Source: Octopus vulgaris (lineage: Eukaryota). From it: a DNA stretch of 64,000 bases. The position numbers and the translations under genes are program-made. The notes under the pieces were generated by a model. It saw only the letters and a program-made list of their open reading frames with translations, made no database searches and had not been told where the DNA came from. Positions 11,400 through 23,218 of this stretch are shown here, piece by piece. The stretch covers positions 112,034,001-112,098,000 of the forward strand of contig OX597815.1 of assembly GCA_951406725.2 (NCBI GenBank), written 5' to 3'. Each line of letters opens with the position of its first letter. Within the stretch, counting starts at the first letter, position 1.

Positions 11400-12430
11400 C
11401 ATAGAAATACAAATACAGATATATGGTCATCCTTGCTAGCTATGCAGATGACACAAAAGTCTCTCAGACAATATAAAACCCTGGAAATATTGCATATCTG
11501 CAACAGGAGTTGGCTATATTATACAGGTGGGCTGAGGACAACAACATGCAGTTTAATGCAGGGAAGTTCCAAGCCCTGCGCTACCGGCACACAAAGCTGA
11601 ACGACATGAAGATCGGATACACTGACCCGGGAAGAATTGCAATTCCTGAGTCAAAATCAGTGCATGACCTGGGCATTGACATGAGCAATGATGCATCTTT
11701 CCAAGTGCATATTGCTAAGTTGGTAATAAAATCCAGGCGGCTAGCTGGATGGATCCTCCAAACTTTCAGAACAAGAAAGAAAGCGACACTCTTGGCCCTT
11801 TGGAAGACATTCGTCCTCAGGCGCTTGACTATTGCTCCCAACTATGGTCACCACACAATATAAGGTTAACATCAGAACTCGACGCAATCCAATGAAGCTA
11901 CACTAAGAAGATTGTCTCAATGCAAAATATCAGCTACTGGGAAAGACTGAAAGTATTAAAACTCTTCTCCCTGGAGCGAAGGTGGGAGAGATATGCAATG
12001 ATATACATCTGGGAAACCTGGAGGGCTTTCTCCCAATTTTTTGGCATTCAAATTTATCCAACAGCAGAACGGGACGCCACTGGATGGGGCCAAGGATCCC
12101 AAAATCCCCATCAAAATACAGGACCAGATACTGCAACAGCTTGAGTTTAAGGCTCTTCAATATCCTTCTTAAAGGTCTGAGCAACCTGCATGGTGTGGAT
12201 GTGGGTTTCTTTAAAACTAAACTGGCTCTCTTCTTGTCAGAGGTTCCAGATGAACCTACCTGTCGGCAAGAAACACAGATACGGGCAGCCACGTCGAACT
12301 CCCTTGTTGACCAAGTGCCACGTATCAGAGGTGGTTTCACATACTAATGATACTAACGTAGCACAGTCAACGGTGGTGCCCCAGCATGGCCGCAGCTTTC
12401 GGGCTGAAACAATTTTAAGGATTTAAAGAT
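11400..12430 (+). mobile_element. CR1-group LINE, 5'-truncated RT C-terminal half plus 3' UTR
   Basis: ILASYADDTK, 'MQFNAGKFQALRY', 'DLGIDMS', 'ISYWERLKVLKLFSLERR'; frameshifted. 3' end GGTGCCCCAGCATGGCCGCAG...CTGAAAC plus a short repeat tail. Confidence 0.9.
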
Positions 12431-12437
12431 TTATATA

Positions 12438-12600
<163 letters not shown>

Positions 12601-13507
12601 ATATATATGCATTATTATATATACGCATATGTACATACTGACATGTATACGTATATTCATAAGCATATGTGGGCACAGGACGTCACAAAACGTAAACAAA
12701 AATACAAAGTACGATGACATGGAATATGAATTTCTTTGCGGGCCACGAAAGAGCCAAATTATAAACATGACAAACAGCATAAAGAAAGACCCTTCACCAG
12801 TTATCGGCTGTTTTCTTATTCCGTTTTTCGAACATTTCACGACAAGATACCCGTTTCGAGAAAACAGTTGCTTCCGCAAAGCAAATCAAACAAAATTTGG
12901 GATTTTGCGGAGGGTCAACATTGGTGGCAAAAACAGGAAATTGATAACAAACAGGAAGGGATGCTTAGTCTAAACGAGGTTGTGGTGGCGAATGCGAAGA
13001 AACAAGCTTAGACAGGAGAAGGCAATAATACATCTTCCTTGTCTAACTGGAACACGAGGAAAGAAAGAATCACAAGTTAGGAGAAGAAAGAAAAATGACC
13101 GATGGTCACGTGGGAGCCACGTGATCAAAGGAGGAAGGGTGAGGGAGAGAGCGTAACAGACAGAGAACAGGGAGAGCAAAATATTTGGAGATAGGATAAG
13201 AGTGAAAAAAGGAGGGGGAGAATAGGAGGTAAAAGAATAAAAGAAAGGAAGAGAGAAAACAAAAGAATAAAAGGTTAGAATAGTGGGAGAAGTGGAGGTA
13301 AAAGAATAATAGGAAGGAAGGGAAAAACGAAAGAGTAAAAGGACAGGATAATGAGAAAAGAGGAAGTAAGATAATAAGAGAAATGAAGAGAAAATAATAA
13401 GAGAAACGAAAGAGTAATAGGAAGAAATCAGATTTGCATCAGAATTATTAAGATAAACCTTACTTGGAAAAGCATGAATGGTGTTCAGTCATTTAAGACT
13501 ATAAACA

Positions 13508-13591
<84 letters not shown>

Positions 13592-13769
13592 ATGCATATA
13601 TGCATAAGTATAGTACATACTTACATGTATACGTATATACACATGAATATGTGGGCAGAAGACGACACAAAACGTAAACAACAAAAATACAAAGTACGAT
13701 ATATATATATATATATATATATATGCATGTGTGTGTGTTTGTGTGCGTGTGTGTGTGCCTGTGTGTGTA

Positions 13770-13990
13770 TGTTTGTGTGTCTGTGTTTTTCCTGCCAACG
13801 TCGCTTGACAATCGATGTTGGTGAGTTTACGTCCCCGTTATCTAGCGGTATGGCGAAAAAGATCGATAGGATAAGTACTAGGCATACAAAGCATAACTCC
13901 TGGGTCTGATCCGTTCGACTAAAGGCGATGCTCCAGCATGGTCGCAGTCAAATTATTATAGGAATTAAAAGAATAAAAAAAAAAAAGAAA
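13770..13990 (+). mobile_element. SINE 3' half with CR1-like tail
   Basis: Matches copies at 42445-42660 (minus), 46425-46625 and 49995-50155. Ends GCTCCAGCATGGTCGCAGTC plus an A-rich tail. Confidence 0.8.
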
Positions 13991-14733
13991 ATATAAATTG
14001 CCACATTTAATAATGTGAAAGAAATTTAACTCTCTTCTCGTAGGAACGAACTATGTCTATTTCATCACATTTTGCAGACAACGTTTATTGTTTCAAAATA
14101 AATTTAAGTGGCTTCTAATTGTTGATTCTCTATTGGTAATTTCTCTTTTTAATTTTAGATCCATGTATTGGACATAAGTTTGCCAGCGTGCTGCTGCCAC
14201 TTCGACCGTGGGCTGCGGCATTTAGATTAATTTCATATGTGGATAGAAAAATATATAATATTTATAGCTTCAGTGGGAACACTTTGTAATTAGCACCAAG
14301 ATGTTCCTAGCTAGCTTAGTGTAAACTTATAGTTTCAATGGATAGTTGAACCGCCCTCCCAAGCACGCCTGAATCTGTAACAGTATATATACTACTTCTA
14401 TTATTATTAATTAAAATAATATATATTTGCATGCATGTGTGTGTACGTGTGTGTGTGTGTGGGTGTGTGTGTGTGTGTGTGTGTAGTGTGTAGTTGAGCG
14501 TGTGATGTGATATAATATACCTTTTAATGAATATTATCTATAAGCAGCTCTAAATAGTGTTCATATTTGCCGAAGTGCGAGAACTGGAACAACATATTTT
14601 GTGTAGGACTCTGGAATATACTCTATACACACACATACACACAGACGCACACGCACGCACGCACGCGCACACACACACACGCGCATATATATATATATAT
14701 AAATAAGAAAAAAGCAACAAGAATGGATCAATA

Positions 14734-14822
14734 TTTCGGTACAATTGTTTCGTACGAAGACAGCTTTATTAAGGCTGCAAATATTGCAGTAAATATAAGT
14801 GACCCGTACTCATCAGCCGAAA
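14734..14822 (-). ncRNA. Type-I hammerhead ribozyme in PLE 3' terminal repeat
   Basis: TTTCGG-CTGATGA-GTACG...CGTAC-GAAAC-AATT-GTA-CCGAAA. Perfect core, 6-bp stem I, palindromic ACAATTGT stem III, long stem II insertion. Confidence 0.9.
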
Positions 14823-15959
14823 AAACATCTGAGTTTTCCAAACATCTAAGGGGGTGGTGTTACACTCCTGAAACATCAGGGATAGTTCTATAAAAATAAG
14901 ATTTAGGTAACAAACGGACCTCTAAAAGTTCTTTTAGTGTTGCACAGTCATATAACGGGTTTTAAAAAAGTATTTTAAAAAACCTCTTAGTTTCCCAGAA
15001 AATGAAAATGAAAATGAGAATGTAAATCCATCCATATTGAAGTAAGTTTGATTTCTGGAGATATGAGGAGAGGTTTCATACTCACAGAAGATGCATTTAT
15101 CCATAATTAGTCCATAATAAAGTGTGTTTCCTGATGTGTGGTGATATACTGGTTACATTTCTGAGAATTCCTCCAAATTGCTATGTTAGAATTAAATTTG
15201 TTGAAGGACGGTTAGTGAAGCGTACAGACAATCTCTCACATAGGGTATATTGGGGTAACGGAGAGGGGAAGGGATGTAAATGTCCAACTACGTAGAAGAG
15301 TTTATTTCATTGGAGACGAACTGACTGATTCAGAATTTGCAAGAATCTAAAAGCTTTAAGGAGGAATGCTAATCTTGACCAAATATCGTCTTTAATTGCT
15401 ATATAAAGAGGATATGGGAAGGTAAAGAAGGGTCAAAGGTTGTCACTATAGGAAAAAAAACATTAACAGATTTCAGTGCAACACTAGAAAGGAGGTCATT
15501 TAATTTATTTCTTTATTTATTAATGTTACTACTAATACATTGGCAGACTTTGGGACTACATTAAGGGGTCAAAAGAAAGGATTGAGAGTTATTTTTCATA
15601 ATGAAAAATCGTTATATTATTTTTATGGGATTAGCAATATTTACTAGTAGTATATAAAAGAATTACGAAGTCTAATTAACTAATTTGCTATAAGTTGGTT
15701 TACCTAAATTAGATTAAAAATTAGATAAAATTAATTTAAATTATCTATATAGTCTATTAGAATGAACATTTATTTGCAACTAATTTATTTCTTTATGTTT
15801 CAAACGTGGTACAGTTAGAGAGAAAATAATCAATGCCTATGAGCTCGTAGCTATCTAATTAAATATATAATATAATATATAAGAGTTTTGCTTTATTAGT
15901 ATAAGCAAGATAGACAAATCACAAAATGATTTTTATATACGGTTATCCCTTAAAATATT

Positions 15960-17628
15960 TTAGAGTCTTAATCTTAGCGTGAATACAAGATGACCCAATT
16001 CTATACGGTTATTCAACAAATTATCATTTCTTCTATGCATTAGTATTTCAAATGTTTCCATGGAGCAAAGTTGACAACCAACTCTGCTATTTTCATAAGG
16101 TATCGCTCTTCTAACTAATTCCCAGTTAAGGTTATACTTAATATTATTGTTTTTGAGTTCCCAGATCTTACTTGAAAGTGTGGTGCTATCAGCTTTATGA
16201 CGTAATTTGAAAGAAGAGAGATGATTGCTAAGACGTTTCTTAACATTTATAGTACACGCTAAATAAATAAATGTGTTATTCTCTGTGGTTATGATACATT
16301 TATAGATTACGTTGTTTAACCCGCATAGACCAGGTGCCGGGCATCTTGATCTAATTCTACAGTTACACCTAGGGGGATCATTTTCCGATGTGGGATAACC
16401 CAAGGATAGATGTCTCTTATTACTGCTATTCAAAACATTATGGGTATATTTTTCGTTATTATGGTTACTGCTGCTATCTAAAATAGTGTTATCGTTATTA
16501 TAGCTAATGTTGTTATCTAAAGCAATATTATCATTTATCGGTCTTTCTACACTATCATTTAATTCTATAGTCCTACCATAATTACTAACATTATTGGTAT
16601 TGCTACTATTATTGCCAGTATTAGTTTCTACATGTATACTGTTACTATAGATATCGTTGTTGTCTTCATTCTCGGTATTTTCCCTATTGGTATTATTCCT
16701 ATTATTAACATAATTGTTCCTATTTGTATTATTATTATTACTAGCTATTCTATAGCTATTGGTTATACCTATGTTATGATAGTTATTATTATTATTGTGG
16801 CTATTATTAATTTCGGTAATGTTACTACAATTGCCATTTGTATTCCTATTGTTAGTATTTAAATTTTTCCTGGCTAGTTTAATGTTATTATTATTGTGGC
16901 TATTATTAATTTCGGTAATGTTACTACAATTGCCATTTGTATTCCTATTGTTATTATCTAAATTTTTCCTGGCTAGTTTAATGTTAATATTATTGATCTT
17001 AGCTATTAAAGTGGACATATTTGGGAGGGTTGAATAAGAAATTCTGACCGTTTTTTTAGAAATAATTTTATGATATCTATGAGAGGTTGGGAAGTTCTTT
17101 TCCAGAATTATTTTGAATCTACTCTGAATATCCGATAGAATCGCACAGTTGAAAGGAACATTTAGCCACATTATATCTTCCTTATTAAATTTCCTAGAAT
17201 TAGAATTGGGGTTAGTTGAATCATTCCTACTTTCATCAGAGTCTTTGTGTTTATTAATGTTCCTATTTTTATGCTTCTTTGTTTTATCTAAATTTATCTT
17301 ATCCGTATTACCTATGCTCTGGTCTATGTTCTTATCATTATTCTTATTTTCATTTAGATTAGTTGTCACCGTAAATCTACTTCTACTTTTATTTCTGGCG
17401 TGATCTCTATTGTTGTTTACGTGGCTATTGTTACTTCTTTTATTAGGAATATGTAAGTTCTCTTTATCAATGTTACTAAGTGTATGCTTCTTTGTTTTAT
17501 CTAAATTTATCGTATCCGAGTTATCTATGTTTTGGTCTATGTTCTTATCTTTTTTCTTATTTCCATTTAGATTTGTTGTCACATTAAATCTATTTCTACT
17601 TTTATTTCCGGCGCGATCACTATTGTTG
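15960..17628 (-). CDS. PLE (Naiad-like) C-terminal ORF: post-RT region, Asn-rich linkers, Cys motif and GIY-YIG endonuclease
   Basis: 'IMWLNVPFN...KNFPTSHRYHKIISKKTVRISYSTLPNM', 'CNCRIRSRCPAPGLC', 'NVIYKC...IYLAC...KKRLSNH...STTLSSKIWELK...CQLC'. The annotated start at 17675 lies in the inverted repeat and is not a real start. Confidence 0.85.
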
Positions 17629-17809
17629 TTTTCGGTTGATGAGTACGGGTCACTTATATTTACTGCAGTAATCACCCCGCATTATCTTATGGTTAACACC
17701 ATATAGATTTCTGGTGCATCTAAGTTAAGTACCGCATTCATGTGAATTCAACAGAATTCACTTGAATCTTAATTGCTTTTACTGTATATATATATATATA
17801 TATATATAT

Positions 17810-18700
17810 ACTAGCAGCTAAGCCCGGTTTCACCCGGTCGGTTTTGATGATGTGGCTGTAAAACCTGTTCTGTGTGAGCATGCGACTTGTTTGTCACGCT
17901 TACGTTAAGAAACTATTTTAGAATTACTTTTTTCTGTCAAAACGCAAAAAATAACTGACCAACAAAAAACAAACCAACCAAATCAAAAAATAAACCCAAA
18001 TACTAATTGAACAAAGATGAACCATCCCACTTGCATTGCGTGCAAACGCACACAGACACACACACACACATTCACATACACCCCTTTTACATACACACAC
18101 ATATGTTCACACAGAGTTGAAACGATGTTTGATTTATTTTTTCAGCGTACAGTTTTCCTTATTCCACTACCAAGTATATCACCCCTTACTTTCTCATTCA
18201 TAAACACAAGAATATTATTATAGTAGGTTATCTCGGTAACCATGGGAGCTTTGAAACAATATGACATCACCCCTTCTTTCCTTATTCATCTATCACCTCT
18301 TCCTTTCTCATTCAAAAACACACCATTATTATTGTAGTAGATTATCTCGGTAACCATGGGAGCTATGAAAAACTACAAAGCTCAGCATCACCACCAGGTC
18401 ATTCTACACAGCTTTGTAATTTTTCGCGCAATTCCACACTGTGAATCCCAAAACAAGAAAATTGAGAAAGCTTCTTTTGTTGCAATTTAAACCAACTGCA
18501 AATGTAAAAAGCAAGGTGATATCAAAAGTCAACATTTCTACAAATCTCACGTCAAGGACAATAACCACATAAGGATTATCTGATCAAAATAGAACAATTG
18601 TCGACACGTATCTCTCCCTCAATATGCAGCATAAACATAAAGCTTCCTATATTATTTTCAATAGAGGAGATATTTAGGCTTATACATTTATGTTCTAGAT
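17810..18700 (-). mobile_element. Helitron-like non-autonomous element; 3' end at 17811, other end uncertain
   Basis: Minus strand ends CCGGGTGAAACCGG hairpin + GCTTAGCTG-CTAG|T. Internal approximately 80-bp duplicated unit (18177-18255 and 18291-18370). Confidence 0.55.
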
Positions 18701-19297
18701 GATTTTCAGGTCTTGTCTAAAAATTCGTATTTTGGGGGGTTATTTCTAAAATAAAACAACGAACACTGGAAATCGAATTTTGTTCACAACAATAGAAGGC
18801 TCATAGTTAAAAGTATTCCACAATTATATAAATCGGATTCCTCGAAATGATACTTTTTTTATCTACATATGTCTGTTATAGTTTTAAAATTTTGTCGACA
18901 TCAAGCCCAATCTCATTATTTCTGCTTATATCTTCATGAAAGAAGGCATGGTTAACGTTTTCCGATTTAATGAGGACAGATTCTCTAGAAATATCTATGA
19001 GTGGGTGCTGAAAATTTCCTGGCTTTGAGTATAAGGAAATAGAGGAGGTTCACTTAACATACCCCACCCCTCTCAGATTCACACATTTATTGTAGCAGTC
19101 CTTCAGTTTTTCTAAGCCCTGCAAAAGAACTCGGAATGTTAGGCTTTGAACCAGACCGTTCGCGATACCATTAAAACCAAGAACCTTTCAGCTCCCTCTA
19201 GTATAAGTTTTGAGTAATACAAATATTTCTCGATTTTAATATTCTTAATGTTAGTTCATGTCTGAACGAAGAAATATGAAGCATACATATGTATTTG

Positions 19298-19533
<236 letters not shown>

Positions 19534-22500
19534 TGTCAATACTATTCTCATCAACAAACTCATAATAAAGATTTGTCATGTTCGCCAATTAAATCAAACT
19601 TCTTCATATTCTCATATTCTTCATACAATTCTAATGAATTTAAACAGAGACAGTAACGCTGAGAGGTGGAATAGTGGCCACAAGGTGATCTCGATTAAAT
19701 TTTGAATATAATTCGCTAGACATTCACTGCTAGTGTATTGGAGAAAATTAAATTATAAACGTCAGATAATCATCTATCCTCTCCATATTAAATTTCTGGT
19801 TTCGTGTAGAACTGTTTGAAAAAAATAATCAATATGGTCCAAACAAGGTAGTGTAGCATCATCCATCATGAATATAGAAAACCTATAATCCACTTGAATT
19901 GATTTCGGAATCCATTCTTCTAGTCTTTATATGTAACTATAACCACAGGGATACTCAACTATGAGTTGGAATCAAAGAATTTATATTTGCTCGGTCTGGT
20001 AGAAGTAACACCGAAATCTCTCTCAAACCGCAGGCTACATTTTACAGAAACATTTAAAATAATTTAGCTGTAGATACAGAATTCCAGGATATGGAAACCG
20101 TATAATGAGAAAGAGCCAAACAATTAAGAGCACGTGCAACTCTTCTCATATTTTTAATTGAAGCGATGAAATTGACGAAGTTCTCTTTTTGCACGTTTGG
20201 TTGTTGTTAAAATACATGAATAAAATTTGAACCGAAAATAGCCAAAGATTTTTATCCATATTTCTCTATTTCCCATGTCCTCCTCATCACTCCCGTCCAA
20301 TGGGATGGAACTTTCTCCCAGAGCCTCTGGTGAGGAAATATATGCCTCATTTCTTTTCTCATCTGTTACTGGCAACTAATGCTGCTTGCACCGAGGCTGA
20401 GATGAACTCGTTTGTGTACGCTCTCGTTACGCCCGTAGCTGCTGCAAGTGCTGCTCACAAAACATCAGGACAGCAGATTTAATACTCATCAGATTTCATG
20501 ATGTTACAATTTACATCCCTCATTTAAAATTTTTCTTTTTCTTTTATAAAGATAACAATTTTGAGATCTTAACTTTAAAGCAACAACTGAGATCTAATCT
20601 CAGTGCTATAATTTGTCTCGTCTACTCTCTGCCTTGACAGTAGAGTGCAACATCGATATCCTATTGTAGTAGTCACAGATCTTCTATACATGGAGACATA
20701 ATGCATGGTTTCTCCTTTGATATGAATTTGTGGATTATATTCACAATCATATGTCAGCACCTTTGATTAAGGATGATGAGCGAACAAGTGCTAACTTGGT
20801 AACAAAATCTCTGGTTCGGTTTTAGTATTCGTAACGACGAAACCATCGTCATTTCAGATGGTCGTTGCACCAGTTCTGCTTTTTCCGTTCATTATTTTCG
20901 AGCTGTAAGATAAGACGCATGTTTCTACATATTATATACCGATTCATAATGAAGAATTCTAACTCACTTAAAGAAGGATTTTCCCCAAATATATTTTCAA
21001 GCTGGATACCAAATCCCTTTTATTTTATTATTATTAGATCTAGCATGTACACCGAGCTCATTCTTGCTCAGCCTAGATAAAATTGTCGGCTAAGTAGTTA
21101 CTATATTTAGTAGTTTATATTGAGAGTTGGTCTTCCTTTTCCTTATGTTGGTTCAATGTGTGTCACTCCTATGCAAAGAAAAAAATAAACAATGTTATTT
21201 TTAGTGATGCCGTTGCTTTCTACACTATCATTTCTATACCACCGTTTCTAATACAATATTTGCATACTCAAATAACTCACTTCAAGGACTGGCCTTAGGA
21301 TACACAACAAAAAAAAAACAACAGCCTTAGTGGTGAGCTACATCACTTGAAGTAGCCTTCCTATGATTCATTTAAATACTGGAAATGTATAGTTGACAAA
21401 TATAAGGAAACAGTTTTATAAAGATTTATGCGCGCGCCTTGTATTTGTAACTGAGTGAGCAAGTTAGACGTTGAATTTAATGTGATGTTGAATCTGAGTA
21501 GGTGTGATGTGTTGCAGCGATGAGAGACCAAATGATTTTGTTTAAAGTTTCTTGGAATATTTGCGATTTTGAAAAAGATTAAAAGCTCAAGATATTCTCG
21601 CATTGACTGTTTTCCTGAGGATGTTGTCAGTACACAGGAGCGCAGTGTATGTGGTTCTGATACTTCTGGGGGTTCCTGATATTTGGTCAAAGTAATGAAG
21701 AGTGAACTATTAATGCACAATTACTTCGCTTCCATTATTTCTCTCATGTCTGACTGATAGTTTCGGTTAATAGAAAACTAATTGAATAAACTGTAGCTCA
21801 ACAAGAGAATGCAATATAATAATATCACCATGTTTGTTTGGTAACAATTTACCAAAGTATACAAATGGCTTTGTAACATACGCCGATCTTGAAAATGATT
21901 ACAAATGGCCCTTGTGTCAAATATAAATAAATCCAGTAATCAAGTTACATAATTCTCAGAGAAATCTAAGGTTTTTGAGAATATAATTACCGATGATATC
22001 CAATGACCTTACACTTATCAAAGACATTTATTTAAGTAACTTGGTTTTAAAGAGTATTCGCAACGTCATCTGAAATATCAATCTTTGAAAAGCAGCTGCA
22101 TCCAACAGTTTTAATGAGGATAATGAAGTCGAGTAGGGAGATGCCATACATTCACGCAGACGTTATAGAGAGTAAGATATATTCTAGCTTATCATGAATG
22201 CTTTTTATTCTGGCAGCGCTATATTCTCTAGACATCTATACGCTTAGAATCTTGATAAACTACTGTAGTAGGAGAACGAACTTTATTTTTCATTCTCTTT
22301 ATATTCATATTAACTCTAACTTTATGGTTGTGTCTGGCCATTACAAAACTATCTGGTTGTTTTTATCCTGAAATTCCTACCTGCTAAACATAGAAACTAA
22401 GAAATTTTATGTGTAGAGAGTGTTTCATAGTTACCTGTGATAGAGCTGTTGTAATCCATTTCATTAAACCACACAAAAAATAATAAAACGATTTACTCAA

Positions 22501-23042
22501 TATTCAAGGACTTTCTTACAACATCTTTATAACCACCTAATGACAGGAAATCGACAGAAACATATTATTCAATCAATTTTACGAACCGACATGGATTTCT
22601 TGAAATGTCAATGTTCTTCTCACGGAATAAAACATTTAATATTTGTTCAGAGAAAATATAAAAATTGAATGTCTAACTTAGAGCAAGATTACGATTAACG
22701 TTTCTGTCTTACACGCTTTTTCCAGAAACATCATTTGCAGAAATACATTTAGTTATCTAGGATATGGATTCAAAATCTCATCTGTCATACTAATGCAAAC
22801 GTTAACGACCGAATGACTGAGATCAAAGCAAAATTTCACGGGTAACTTATTGTATTCGTCTATCTGTACTAAACATCAACGAATATATATATATATATAT
22901 ATATATAAGAAAATAGTAAAGTGTGAAAAAACGACAGAAGGCTTAAATGTTAAAAAATATATATATTTGTGTCAAAATGTCTGGAGAATATTGGAAAAAT
23001 TTTTTTCCCTTTCCTTAAAATGACATAATTTTTAAATTTTTA

Positions 23043-23082
23043 AAGAAATTACCGGTTTCGCGTGTAGCTTTTCAAATTTCTT
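23043..23082 (-). ncRNA. Minimal hammerhead ribozyme, U3-A8 core variant
   Basis: AAGAAAT-TTGAAAA-GC(TACAC)GC-GAAAC-CG-GTA-ATTTCTT. 7-bp stem I, palindromic ACCGGT. Confidence 0.7.
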
Positions 23083-23218
23083 GTGACGTTATGTTTATAT
23101 TGCATGGAATTATCGTTGTTTTTATTTCCAGGAGATTTCTAAATAAGGGGAGGTAGTGAGTGATTTTTTCCGGTGTAGGGGAGATAATCGCTTAAAAATT
23201 TTTTTTCCCTTTTCCTTG

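Larger units (their letters stand above)
14702..17785 (-). mobile_element. Naiad-like Penelope-like retroelement, 5'-truncated, with an inverted terminal fragment, in (TA)n
   Basis: GIY-YIG ORF on minus, about 1.2-kb 3' region ending in an HHR, inverted partial copy of the 3' end at 17628-17785, and (TA)n on both flanks. Confidence 0.85.

Noticed and set aside
12780-12870. HHR-like pieces (CTGGTGA, GAAACGGGTA) on minus; similar at 32570-32620
   Set aside because: Could not assemble consistent stems I and II in any hammerhead topology.
14160-14290. Possible exon after a good acceptor at about 14158
   Set aside because: No donor and no recognisable protein in any frame.
15960-17675. 571-aa ORF as a host Asn-rich gene or selenoprotein
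   Set aside because: It has PLE domains, its apparent start lies in the inverted terminal repeat, and no in-frame TGA or SECIS is evident.
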